Shown here one piece after another: positions 1-16,860 of a DNA stretch of 64,000 nucleotides. Origin of the DNA: the human T2T-CHM13v2.0 reference genome, Homo sapiens. The translations under genes and the position numbers were made by a program. Under the pieces are notes generated by a model. The model was given only the letters and a program-made list of their open reading frames with translations. It was not told the origin of the DNA and did not search any database. The DNA is taken from the NCBI RefSeq assembly GCF_009914755.1, contig NC_060938.1. One strand, given 5' to 3'. Position 1 is the first letter of the stretch. Each line of letters starts with the position of its first letter.

Positions 1-2822
1 ACCAATTCAATTGCCTACCCAAACTTTGTAGTTACATGAATATAAATACCACACACCTAAATATTGTTCCTAAGATAATTAAGTGTATTGTTTCTCCAGA
101 GACTGGAATAATAGGAAAACACTGAAGTTCATTGTCAAACACTTATTATGACTGTTACTAAATAGTCAATCTGTATTTGTACTTTATGGAAATATTTACA
201 TTCCTATACCATCCAGAATCCTGAAATTCTGGAACAGAGTGCAGGTTAAGCAAACCTTAAGTGAATCTAAAACTGCACAATAGAGAGTGGTGTTAAACCC
301 TGGCAGACTATAATTTATTAACACACACAAATAGATTACTTCTGTTGAAGTCAAACAGCCTGGAAAAAAAATGGATTTTCTATAATCCAGCTACCCAATT
401 TCCTTTCAGTTTTCAAGATTACAACTACCATTTATGACATGACCACATCTTCTACAGGGCAAAAAAATAAATCGCACTGTATATAATGGGGCTAGGATCC
501 CAAGACAAAAGAACCATAAATTCCACTCCCAAAAAGGTTGTAAACTCTCTCATTCCATAACAAACACAAGTATGCAGAACAAGGCTTCCAGGTAACTATG
601 TGGCCACATGACATACACAAACAGGTCAGAAAGCTCCCAATGTAGCAGTTAAACAGTGTTTCCAAGGTCACAAAATAACATTACTTTTTATTTCCCTCCC
701 TTCTCAATGCAGAGAGAGGAACTACCCAATTATACTAATGTAGTACTTACTTCTGGAGATATTCCAACCTATTTTGATGAAGAATTTTCCAGTGAGAACT
801 TGAATTTTGGAGAGGGTAATAGAAAATGAACTAAAAATCACAAAGGGTAAATGTACTGGATTATTTTAAAGTTGTTAGCAAAAGTGTAACATTTATTATT
901 TTTAAAGTGTTTATCTTTTAAAATATGTTAAATAAAGCTTTTAAGTTATAAAGAGGTAAGTTATATTACCATTAAAATGCTAGATTACTCTATTTAGGTA
1001 TGATTATTGTTTCTTGAATAACTACAGTTAAGTTGAGGAAAAATTTGAATTAGAGTAACATTAATCATGAAATAAAATTATATTCTTGCTGCTCAGGCTA
1101 GATATCCAAGAATAATGAAAATTCAGAGAGAAACAGAAAGGTTTAGATTAGTTTGAACTACTCATAAAATTTAAGGAAGTAAAGATAAGTCTTTTTAATA
1201 AAAATAGAGCAACCTTTCCACTGGTACTCAAACAATACCAAATGGTCTAACACTGGTACAATCCTATCTTCTACATACATTTCAGAGAGGAATTTTTATA
1301 TTCACTGGCCCAATTTAAATAATATATATGAATATAGGTAGTCAAAGGAGAAAGTAGATCAGAAAAATTTCCAGGTCCAATATTAAAGACAGAATTAGCA
1401 TAATATTAGACTGTCTCTAGCTTCAGACTTTCTATTCTGTCCTCAGAATGTCTAACCAATGGTTTCTTCTGAGGTTCCTGCTACAAGATATGTTGGAAAA
1501 ATATATATCCAAATGAAGAAGCTTATTATTTTCCTAGGGGAATATTTGACTGTAGTTTTTCACTACATAGGTGTAAAAGTGTGTAAGCAAATATGATGGA
1601 AATGCTAATTAGAACATTAAGGCAGTCTTTTCAATGCAAAATGAACATTAAAAAATAAGTATTACAGGCACTGGAACATTAAAAGTTCTTAAATCAGACT
1701 TTGCATATTTGAAAAGAAATATGAATTATGTGTTATTTCCTAACACTGCTAAGTGCATTATTAATTTGGATAGAAATCTAAATCCATTGCTCACTAATGA
1801 ATAACCAAAAACCACTGGAAATCCTATAAACAAGAATTACTCCCATGGAAAATGATTTCTATTTTCTAATTTTGATTTCTAATATGTAATGTGAAGAGAT
1901 GATACCCACAAAAATCAGAATCTAAATTTCCCTCTGTCCTGTTCAATGCAAAAGATTAAATTTCCATGTTCAATTGTCAGTGCGATAGAAACGAACAAGC
2001 CAAGCCCCTGGTGCCCTATCCCCAAATACAAACGAGGTGAAGTTTAAAAATTAGACTTTCAAAAGAAAACAGAAATTCTTTGTGCTTTACACATAAAGAT
2101 AAAAAATAAATTCACCAGAGGAAGGATTAGTATAAATGTTTAAATTCTGGTTCTAAAAGTTTGAAATAGGTACTGCTGTTTTCACTATTTCAACTAAAGG
2201 AATTCATAAAAGAAAGACCCTAACTTTGAGCATTCTCCTTGGTTGGCTGTGGGTTCAATGTGATTGTTGTGGCATTATCATTTTGATTCCGAAATTTACT
2301 CAAAAGTTTCATTAAGCCATTGTTTATGGATGTTGTAAATATAATCATGTATTTCAGTCAATGACAACCAAAACAGAAACACACTCTCTTGCCTCCCTCC
2401 TTTGAGAAAGTTTCTACCCTTTCGTTAATCTATCAATGGAACCTATAGAATTCACGTTTTTAAAAAAAATCTACTTATTTCTTTTAAAATATGGATATAA
2501 GTTAACATTCTGTTTTCTTCTTTTAATACATATTTATGGAATAGTTCCAATTCATTATGAATTTTTATAACCTCATTATTACATTGCCAGTTGCTACAAA
2601 TATATGCCAATTATCTCCTCCATGAAAACAAACGTGCTAGAGGCAGCTCATTATTATAGTTCAGCTCAAAGAAAAAAAAAAGGCCACTTCCTCTCTCTCA
2701 CCCACCAATCAGAGCCACTTATAAAGTTGAAAGGGTAGGCCAGTCCTTCACACTTGTAGACTCAGAAATATGTTCATAAACTAGAGATAATGGTTTAATC
2801 ATAACTACCATTTCTTAAGCAG

Positions 2823-3190
2823 TGTGATGGTTATTTGCCACGTCAAGTCAATTCACTGCCCTTCTAGGCCCTAGGAGGTTGACCTCTATGGACTGCATGA
2901 TCCAATTTCTGAGCCCTTGGTTTCTGGTTCAGTTTGACAGAAGATCAGAAGGCAGGAAGAGAGACATAGGGGTTTCCTTCTCCATTCTATCCTCAGTAGA
3001 AAACTCTGGCAGTGGCTACTTTCCTCTAGGGCCAGAGCATTCCCCTACAGTCCAAAGTCTTACCAGGTTATGATAATAACATCCTCTTGTTGTTGGGCTC
3101 TGACTGCTTCACTTTGCCCCCTTTGCTTCCTTAACCCTGCTCACACCTTTGTACTTAGTCCCTTTATTAATGTCTATTCATTTAAACCAT
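2823..3190 (+). mobile_element. ERVL LTR, LTR33-like, degraded
   Basis: The 3' portion CCCTGCTCACACCTTTGTACTTAGTCCCTTTATTAA resembles the LTR33 3' end, and the element starts with TG. Family assigned from memory. Confidence 0.55.
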
Positions 3191-3191
3191 T

Positions 3192-4025
3192 TGTGGGAGG
3201 CATAATTCTAAGATGGTCTCAATATTCCTACCCCTTTGTTTGCACACTATCCAAGGAAGTCCTATGGTACTGCTTGCTGTAATTCACGTGGGATATTTCT
3301 ACTGGGCAGAAAACACTCTAGGACACCTTGCACACCTTTATATCTAGACTTTGGCTTGAGCCCCTACCATTCTTGTATTTTTGGCTAGGACAGCTAGGTC
3401 AGTTTCTCTCAACACACATGCCATATGCCATAGAAACTTATAGAAAAAGAGAGAAAAACAAAACAAGAACAAATGAATACCACATTGGGCTTCTCTCCTA
3501 AGGGTGGAGGCAGTATGTAATGGAGATTACAGAACACAGACTTTGGCATTCGAGATACACAGGTTTCAGTCAGGCTCTGTTCTTTGCTCTCCATATGACC
3601 TTGAGGAAGTGATTCTTACCCCTCTGTTTGCACACTTTATATAATCTTCTTCCCGTAAGTGTGAGTAAGACTGGCCCAATCAGTGAGGCCTTTAAAAAGA
3701 GAAAGTCTAGGAGTCCAAGATGAAACAAATCAGAGATATCCAAAACTATAGCAGACACTCTCCCGTCAGCCCTGAAAAAAGCAAACTGCCATATTGCGAA
3801 AAAGGCCACTAGGCAGGGATTGTTAGCAACATTGAGGAGCTAAAAACCGTAAGAAACCATAAAAAATTTTGTTGCTGACTGACGGCCAGGAACAAAATGG
3901 GACCTCAGTCCAACAAGCACAAGCCAAAGAAGCTTGGAAGAGGGTCCCAAGCTCCAGAGAAGATCACAGCCCTGCCCAACACCTTGATTTCAATTTTATG
4001 AGACCCAAAACAATCTATTTTTACA
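3192..4025 (+). mobile_element. MaLR LTR (MLT1F/H-like), interrupted at 3249-3611 and by the L1 near its 3' end; last bases resume at about 10241-10258
   Basis: Starts TGTGGGAGGCATAATTCTAAGATGG. Internal GGGACCTCAGTCC and CAGCCCTGCCCAACACCTTGATTTCA. GTTTGTTATGCA appears after the L1. Confidence 0.65.
3505..3615 (+). mobile_element. MIR SINE, 5' part
   Basis: GGCAGTATGTAATGG...AGAACACAGACTTTGG...GACCTTGAGGAAGT matches the MIR head and core. Confidence 0.65.
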
Positions 4026-4258
4026 CTATCTGTTTTTTGTGGTTTTTTTAGTTTTATTATTATTAAGTTTTAGGGTACATGTGCACAACGTGCAGGTTTG
4101 TTACATATGTATACATGCGCCATGTTGGTGTGCTGCACCCATTAACTCGTCATTTACATTAGGTATATCTCCTAATGCTATCCCTCCCCGCTCTCCCCAC
4201 CCCACAACAGTCCCCAGAGTGTGATGTTCCCCTTCCAGTGTCCATGTGTTCTCATTGT

Positions 4259-8102
<3,844 letters not shown>

Positions 8103-8176
8103 TATGATGTTAGCATGATGTTAGATGGTTATTTTACTCGTTAGTTGATGCAGTTTCTTCCAAGCCTTAATGGTCT

Positions 8177-9195
8177 TTACAATTTGGCATGTTTTTGCAG
8201 TGGCTGGTACCGATTGTTCCTTTCCATGTTTAGTGCTTCCTTCAGGAGCTCTTTTAGGGCAGGCCTGGTGGTGAGAAAATCTCTCAGCCTTTGCTTGTCT
8301 GTAAAGTATTTTATTTCTCCTTCACTTATGAAGCTTAGTTTGGCTGGATATGAAATTCTGGGTTGAAAATTCTTTTCTTTAAGAACGTTGAATATTGGTC
8401 CCCACTCTCTTCTGGCTTGTAGAGTTTCTGCCAAGAGATCAGCCATTAGTCTGATGGGCTTCCCTTTGAGGGTAACCCGACCTTTCTCTCTGGCTGCCCT
8501 TAACATTTTTTCCTTCATTTCAACTTTGGTGAATCTGACAATTATGTGTCTTGGAGTTGCTCTTCTCGAGGAGTATCTTTGTGGCGTTCTCTGTATTTCC
8601 TGAATTTGAATGTTGGCCTGCCTTGCTAGATTGGGGAAGTTCTCCTGGATAATATCCTGCAGAGTGTTTTCCAACTTGGTTCCATTCTCCCCATCACTTT
8701 CAGGTACAGCGGGGTCAGATGTGGATTTGGTCTTTTCACATAGTCCCATATTTCTTGGAGGCTTTGTTCATTTTTTTTTATTCTTTTTTCTCTAAACTTC
8801 TCTTCTCACTTCATTTCATTCATTTCATCTTCCATCACTGATACTCTTTCTTCCAGTTGATCACTTCAGCTCCTGAGGCTTCTGCATTCGTCACGTAGTT
8901 CTCGTGCCTTGGTTTTCAACTCCGTCAGGTGCTTTAAGGACTTCTCTGCATTGGTTATTCTAGTTATCCATTCATCTAATTTTTTTTCAAAGCTTTTAAC
9001 TTCTTTGCCATTGGTTCGAATTTCCTCCTGTAGCTCGGAGTAGTTTGATCGTCTGAAGACTTCTTCTCTCAACTCATCAAAGTCATTCTCTGTCCAGCTT
9101 TGTTCCATTGCTGGTGAGGAGCTGCATTCCTTTGGAGGAGGAGAGGCGCTCTGATTTTTAGAGTTTCCAGTTTTTCTGCTCTGTTTTTTTCCCAT
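8177..9195 (-). pseudogene. L1 ORF1p (RNA-binding chaperone), disrupted
   Basis: MGKKQSRKTGNSKNQSASPPPKE... and ...[11 protein letters not shown] are split by an early stop at 8866 and a frameshift near 8710. Confidence 0.95.
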
Positions 9196-10228
9196 CTTTG
9201 TGGTTTCATCTACCTTTGGTCTTTGATGATGGTGACGTTCAGATGGGTTTTTGGTGTGGATGTCCTTTCTGTTTGTTAGTTTTCCTTCTAACAGACAGAA
9301 CCCTCAGCTACAGGTCTGTTGGAGTTTCCTAGAGGTCCACTCCAGACCCTGTTTGCCTGGGTATCAGCAGCGGTGGCTGCAGAACAGCGGATATTGGTGA
9401 ACCACAAATGCTGCTGCCTGATCGTTCCTCTGGAAGTTTTGTCTCAGAGTAGTACCCAGCCATGTGAAGAGTCAGTCCACCCCTACTGGGGGGTGCCTCC
9501 CAGTTAGGTTACTCGGGGGTCAGAGACCCACTGAGGAGGCAGTCTGCCCATTCTCAGATCTCAAGCTGCATGCTGGGAGAACCACTACTCTCTTCAAAGC
9601 TGTCAGAGAGGGACATTTAAGTCTGCAGAGGTTACTGCCGTCTTTTTGTTTGTCTGTGCCCTGCCCCCAGAGGTGGAGCCTACAGAGGCAAGCAGGCCTC
9701 CTTGAGCTGTGGTGGGCTCCACCCAGTTCGAGCTTCTCAGCTGCTTTGTTTACCTAATAAAACAACTAACTCGGTAATGGCAGGCACCCCTCTCCCAGCC
9801 TCGCTGCCGCCTTGCAGTTTGATCTCAGACTGCTGTGCTAGCAATCAGCAAGACTCGTGGGCATAGGACCCTCCGAGCCAGATGCGGGATATAATCTCCT
9901 GGTGTGCCGTTTTTTAAGCCCATTGGAAAAGTGCAGTATTAGAGTGGGAGTGACCCAATTTTCCAGGTGCCATCTGTCACCCCTTTCTTTGACTAGGAAA
10001 GGGAATTCCCTGACCCCTTGCATTTCCCGGGTGAGGCAATGCCTCACCCTGCTTCAGCTCACACAGGGTGCACTGCACCCACTGTCCTGCACCTACTGTC
10101 TGGCACTCCCCAGTGAGATGAACCCGGTACCTCAGTTGGAAATGCAGGAATCACCTGCCTTCTGCGTCGCTCACGCTGGTAGCTGTAGACCAGAGCTGTT
10201 CCTATTCGGCCATCTTGGCTCCTCTCCC
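9196..10228 (-). promoter_or_regulatory. L1 5'UTR with internal sense promoter and antisense promoter region
   Basis: YY1 site CAAGATGGC (GCCATCTTG at about 10209-10217). Many CpGs appear decayed to TG/CA. Promoter activity is inferred from the family, not observed. Confidence 0.75.
9777..9990 (+). pseudogene. L1 ORF0, frameshifted
   Basis: ATG at 9777 gives MAGTPLPASLPPCSLISDCCASNQQDS, then a frameshift to TAG at 9864-9866. The C-terminal part (GIGPSEPDAGYNLLVCRFLS) is in another frame. Confidence 0.8.
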
Positions 10229-11319
10229 CTATCTGTTGTTAAAGTTTGTTATGCAAATGACTATGGGTGAAGCTGCAGAAAGCATGTTTAACTGACTGAA
10301 GGAAACCAAATGTGTAAGAAATTTAGCATTTTGTGATTGCTTTTTTCTATACAAATAAGTTACCAGTTTATTAACTAGAAATGCTAATGCTTTCTTTGTA
10401 GAGTAATTTCATGTACTTAAAAGAAACCCATTCTTTTTCTTTTTCTCATTCCAGAATGGACTTAAAGTAGCTAACCTAGCTTTCCCTATATTCTATAGTT
10501 TAAACTTTTTGAAATATATCCACCCCTTAAAGTCTGTCTGCATTAGTGAGTTTGTATTGTCCTGAAAATTGATTTCTTAACTTTATTTGAATGAGTATGA
10601 CTCTAAATATTAAAAAATCTTTGTCTTCCTTCAGCATCTCGATAACTTGCAAGTTGTACAGTTCTGGTTCAATATCCTTTTTCTTTCCTCCTATTCCTGT
10701 CACTGTTCCAAAATTAGGTGAATGGCTGGCTAACTCCTTTCATAAATCAAATAACATTCTTCCTGTGGTTTCAATGGAGTAAGTCAAGCTTCAGAAACTG
10801 GCACAGACACTTACAGTAGCACTGTTCCGGGGACCCCAAGGAATAAAAGATTTTATGAAATTGGTCTATATAAGTCACATCCCCACTCAGCATAATCACA
10901 AGCTCTGCTGCAGTTGCAAACAATGGAGTGTTTGAATTCTAAATCGGTCCTTCAATTATCAAACCTGTCACTCCTTCTCCTTGATGGTTTTTCTACCCCG
11001 CAAAATCCCAACTGCTATTGCTATTGCTGCAAAGTTCTCAAATTCTTACTCTCAGAATTTTTCCAGAGTATGAAAAGTTTTCATGAAGCAATGAATATTG
11101 ATGAATGCCAAGATAAGGGAAAGCCTCTCTCTGCAGTATATTCAATTTCTCCCTCTCTCCTGGATCTTCTTCTAGAAATTCAAACATCCTTAAGTTGCTA
11201 TAGTTTAAAAAAAATTCTTCCTTACACATATACAGATATTTATCTCATTTTCATTTTCCAGCCAAATTTCTGTTGTAATCCATATTGCTTTACCGCTTTC
11301 GTCTTAACCAATTAATTTT

Positions 11320-12345
11320 GCCTCCTTCCTCTATTGTTTTACTGAAACAATACTTGCTAAGGTTACCAATTATCTCCACAGTGCTAAATCCAAAGGATGT
11401 TTCTCAGACTTCATTTTATTTACACACTTCAAAACATTCTTGAAATTAATCTTCCTTTGGCCTGTGGATCACACTCTCCTGGTTTCCTTCCTCCTTCTCC
11501 AGCTGCTTCATCTTAAATTTATTTGTGGGCTCATTCTCGTCTACCAGCCATTAAATGTTGACAAAGAGAGAAGTCCCAAGACATTCTTGAGAATCATCTT
11601 TGGAATCTCCCTGCTCAAGTCTGATTAATTTTGCCTCCCAGTTTTCAAATCCATTACTTCTCCCCATCTCCATGATCACTACCTTTCATCCAAGTTATAA
11701 TCATCTTTCCCTGTACTGCACAAACCTCCTGTCTGGCCTCCTCCTGCACCCCATCCCCTCTCTCTCTACTATGAGGCCAGAAATGTCCTTTAAATATGCA
11801 AATCTGACCGTGGCATCCTGCCCTTTTTACATAAGCTTTTCCATGGCTTACTATTTCTTTTAGGATAAAGACCTTTAAAAGACCTCCAAGTTCTTTAAAC
11901 GATCTACGTATTTTACCTGCTGCCTGTTTATTTCATCATCCCCCATTTGTTCCTCCTTCTTTGCGTTCTTGTGGTTCCTTGAACAGTCAATATTCCTCCA
12001 TGGTCTTAGCAACAGCTGTGTGCTCTAGAAAGAAAAGTTTACCTCTCAGTTAATTCAATAATCACTTCCTCAAAGAAGCTTTCTCTGACCCTGCAGTCTA
12101 TGTCATATCCTTTGACTTGTGTCCTTTATAATTACCTACATTGTCAGCAACTACACTGACTACTGAAATTACATCAATTTGTGTGATCTTTTGATTATTT
12201 ACTTAAAGACTGCCTCTCCTGCTAGACTGTAAGTTCCTTGAGAAAAGGAGCTGTGTCTATTTTGTTTATATTTGTAGGATCTGCTCTTAGTACAGATTCT
12301 GAAAGATGCCCTATAGAAAAGGTGCTCAATATCTTCCTGAAAAAG
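11320..12345 (+). mobile_element. LINE-2, 3' portion
   Basis: GCTAAGGTTACCAAT...GCTAAATCCAA, and the L2 tail CTAGACTGTAAGTTCCTTGAG...AGGTGCTCAATA. Confidence 0.8.
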
Positions 12346-13770
12346 TAAAAGAAAAATATTAGAGCCATACATGGAAAATTGGTAAGGCTTGGCCCTACAT
12401 CTCTGCTCCTCCCTTTTTAGAAAAACCATAAGAAATCATGTGAGAAGTTCAATAAAAATAAGAAACTATTCCTTCAGTTAGTCCCAAAAAGTGTTTTTTT
12501 CCCAAAGACATACCAGAGCTTTTGTGAAAGTTAATTAAAGGAATGAAATAGTAGGTTAAGATATCTATATATATTTCATAATGCCTCCAGGCCCTAAACA
12601 TACTAATAAGCACTGCTATACCTAGAATCAGTCAACTAAGGCTTGTAACTCAGGCCCCTGCCCGTAGGACCCTGTTCTGACCTTCCGCCAGCTAAGCCTC
12701 TCCACACAGGCTGAAAAGGGGGTTAAGGCCAAGGGATAAGCCCAAACCTACCTAGAGCTGTGCCTCCACACTCCTAGACCTCACCCCAGATGCCCAAACA
12801 ACCCTGAGCTGAAGCCTACATATGCATCTTCCTGGGTTCATTCTCCTGAGTGCAGACAGCAACACAAGTGACCACGTCCTTAGCTCTAACCCATGACCAT
12901 GGTATGGGTATTTCAGGGTAGAGTGGAGGTGGTTGACAGAGTTTGGATTTGCCCACTGGAATGTCCACAGTCATAAACCAGAAGTCCCCTCCAGAACAGG
13001 ACTGTGCTCAGGCTGGGAAGACAATGGGCTCAGGCATTAGACCAGGGGCTGCCATGTGTATTAAATAACGAAAGAGAAAACAGAATTAAAGTTATGCAAA
13101 TGTTGAGGCAGACCCACTAATTAGGTGTCTATCCTTACAGGCGGATTGATTTCAGTCTCTCCCCATCTGCTCCAACCATTAGGCCAAAACATTCTTCACA
13201 CTCCTCTCTCCCTTCTTCAGTATATAATTTATAGCCTGACTTTTTGCCTATTTTGCTGAATACAAACTTCTCTTGGGAAGTTCTAAAAGCCCTCTATTAG
13301 AACCCCAACCTCCACAGCCTGTAGGTATGCTGGGAACCCTCTCTTCCTATCCAGCCCATTTGCACATGCGCCCTGTCCTTCACCTCTGTGTTCTCTCCGG
13401 CTGTCATGTCTGTACCCTCTCAGTCTACCCAAAGAACCGTGCCCAGACTTCAGAACCTTGCTGACCTCCGTGATTTCCCAAAACACGCACTACATGTTCT
13501 TATCCCTGAACTTCTATAGCAGAGATGTCATAAAATTTTAATTAGGGCCAATCAGAAATCCAACTGTGTAGACCCTATCCGTTTTTGTAAAAATGGCAAA
13601 GGACTTATCTTATTGGCCATCCAGAAGTATGGCTCTAAACACAGTCTCAGAAAGGGTCAACTTTACTTAGACATGTGCCAATCTAGGCTTAACAGTATTA
13701 AACATTTTTTACCAAGTGAATGAGAACTCTGGCATTTAACAAACTGAGCTATCCTTTTACAAAAGTGTGA

Positions 13771-14016
<246 letters not shown>

Positions 14017-15153
14017 TCAGCCAAGACATACCTAAATTCCAACTCGCAATTTCCCTCACCCAGGGATGCCTCTGGGTTTCCCTTTCAGTAGTTTCACAAA
14101 AGTTTCTCTTTCCAGATACTTTCACAGAGTTTCACAGAGACAAACAAAAACATTGTCCAGGGATGTCCCAGAGCAAGGATTTTCAGGTGAGTTCTAAGAC
14201 TGATATTCTCAACTCTGAAGCTTCAGGAATACTTCTGGATGAATATAGATTGTTTTCAAGTAATTCCGTTCTTTTTGAAACTAAGTATCCCTCCCCACCC
14301 TCTTCCACACCCATAAGGCTTTACTAAGCTTTTTTGAGCTTTACTAAAGCTCAAAAAAAAATCTGCTACTGCGTTAATCGAGGTATTTACAAAATTATGG
14401 TAGAATTTCAATACAGCCCATAATTGCAATCACCTACAAAGATGTGGGTAGCTGAAATACCCAGCTCTTAATAGACTTAGAAATAGAAAAAGGCAGACCA
14501 TGAAAACATCTTTGGATTCTTGTTTTTTCTTAAAAAACAACACTAATAGACATAGATGCTCTTTTAATAAATGTTTCCAGATATGCTATTTCCTATATTT
14601 TTCAATGATAAATACATGTAGCAGGTCATTTACTGACAAGTGCACATAACAATTTATATTATAATGTCTAATAGGGAAAAATCTAATAACTCACAGAACC
14701 GTCAGGTGAAAAAAAAATACAGTTAAATCTCTTGCACAGTGGAAGTCTTCATTTTTTAAATTATTATTCATTCATCACTACTGATGTCATATTATGCACA
14801 TCATAAGTTTCTGAACTTAGGCTTTTATGCTTTTCGTTGACTGAGTCATGGTCAAAAGAAGAAGTAATAAGCAAAGAAAAAATTTCCTAGAGAAATCTGC
14901 ACACAAAAAAATTCATATTTTCCATTTATTATGAGATAGGCAGATAACAGAATATTGAGAAGCTATTTATTTTTGGCACCGTATTTGATCAAAAGCTTCC
15001 TGTATTCCTTTTTAAAGCTAATCCTATTCACCAACAGGTGAAGAAAATTGACTTAATTTTGCTCTATTTCTACTCTGACAAGATATTTTACTCATTAAAG
15101 GGCCTTGTTGAGCTTCTAGTGTTTAGCGTTAGTGTTTAAAAAAAGTATACATA

Positions 15154-15171
15154 CACACACACACACACACA
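15154..15171. repeat. Short (CA)n microsatellite
   Basis: About 9 CA units seen directly. Confidence 0.85.
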
Positions 15172-15591
15172 TATTCTGTGCTCTAGCCCAAATGGCTAGA
15201 AATTGTGAGCTATTGAGATCTTGCTGCTATTAAATGAATAAAAGGCTCTCCGCTGCCTAAGAGATTACATAGATATGAATATTATTTATGTGTATATACA
15301 GACACACACACATATATATCTATATGAGTTCAGTTTTTTATTTTCCTGTATATGAAATGTTTGAAAGATCTTATCAATTTCACAGCAATGAACATTTTCT
15401 TTTCTCAGGGAACTTCCTCTTCACACTGTTTCCTTTATTCCCAGTCTCTTAGGTGACTTTAAACAATGAAGAAGAAAAGACAGGCCACGGTGTCACGTCT
15501 TACTAAGTGTTTCAGGTATATGATTATGAGACAGGCCCCATCTCCACAAGAATCAAGCAAGATAAGGGGGGTTACATCATTTTAACAGTGT

Positions 15592-15765
15592 TTCAAATGG
15601 CTAGAGGAGAGGATTTTGAATATTCTCACCCCAAAGAAATGATTACTGTTTGAGGTGATAGTTATACTAATTACCCTAATTTGATCATTACACATTGTAT
15701 ACATGTATCAAAACATCAAACTGTATCCCACAGATATGTATAACTATTGTGTCAATTAAAAATAA
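15592..15765 (+). mobile_element. L1MA 3'-end fragment
   Basis: GAGGATTTTGAATATTCTCACC...TAATTACCCTAATTTGATCATTACACATTGTATACATGTATC...GTCAATTAAAAATAA. Confidence 0.85.
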
Positions 15766-15773
15766 TTATTTGG

Positions 15774-16072
<299 letters not shown>

Positions 16073-16719
16073 TCACTGACTGTATTTCACACCAGAGAAA
16101 CACATGTGTGTATTTGATACAAAACATACCTTGTCTTTTTGGACACTTCAGCCCTTGACATACCTTAAGTACCTCTAAGCACTGTTCTTATGCACTTCCC
16201 ATTAGTAAATATCTCATTGAAAAACCTCTGCACAAATATTTTTTTTACCAAAAATACGAGAGACAATCTGCTGCAACAGAATATAAAAGAGCAAATAAGA
16301 AATGTCCCAGAATATAAAAGCAAGGCCAGAAAGTTTTTATTCTCTGAGGTAAGAAAAAAGCCACCCCCAAAATTATGTTTATTTAAACTAGATTTGAATG
16401 TTTCTCAAATTTAGTAAGGTGGTTCAAGTTGACGTCAGGATACCAACTAAACAACAACTTATGAAACAAGTCAATGAAGCATTATCTATCCACATGGATT
16501 TTACCTTGACATTATGAGATAGAGCTATGTCCAACATAAAGTGGGGACCTGCAGGAAGAGGAGGCAGAAGTAAGAATTTATCACAGTTTTAACAAATGCA
16601 AAGGACAGAGGATACTCTTTTAGTAGGCAGAAATATTCCTGGTATGAAGAGCAATCCATCCTATTGGCCCAGATCAATATAAATATGCCTCTGATTATTT
16701 GATCCCCTTGGTTTAGAAT

Positions 16720-16860
16720 CATTCATCTGTTCATTCAACAGTTCTCCAATAAGTGTTGATTTTTTAATGAGCACTTCAGTACATGAGGGAGATACCAGGA
16801 ATAAAATGCTCGAAGAGAGCTCAGTCTAGTAAGAGAAGTAGACTAGTACGCAGACAATTA
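16720..16860 (-). mobile_element. LINE-2 fragment
   Basis: CATTCATCTGTTCATTCAACA...GAGCTCAGTCTAGT is an antisense L2 tail. Confidence 0.55.

Noticed and set aside
2219-2348. Minus-strand short ORF MIIFTTSINNGLMKLLSKFRNQ...
   Set aside because: About 42 codons, no recognisable homology and no splice context; expected by chance.
2683-2726. ETS, CCAAT and TATAAA motifs as a promoter
   Set aside because: CCAAT and TATA are unusually close, there is no CpG island, and short motifs like these arise by chance in AT-rich DNA.
10527-10740. Minus-strand open frame KELASHSPNFGTVTGIGGKKKDIEPELYNL... that looks protein-like
   Set aside because: It is preceded by an in-frame TGA, has no clear start or splice acceptor, and matches no protein I recognise.
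12625-13730. GC-richer stretches that may be old DNA transposon or LTR remnants
   Set aside because: I could not match termini or a family with confidence; a Dfam search is needed.
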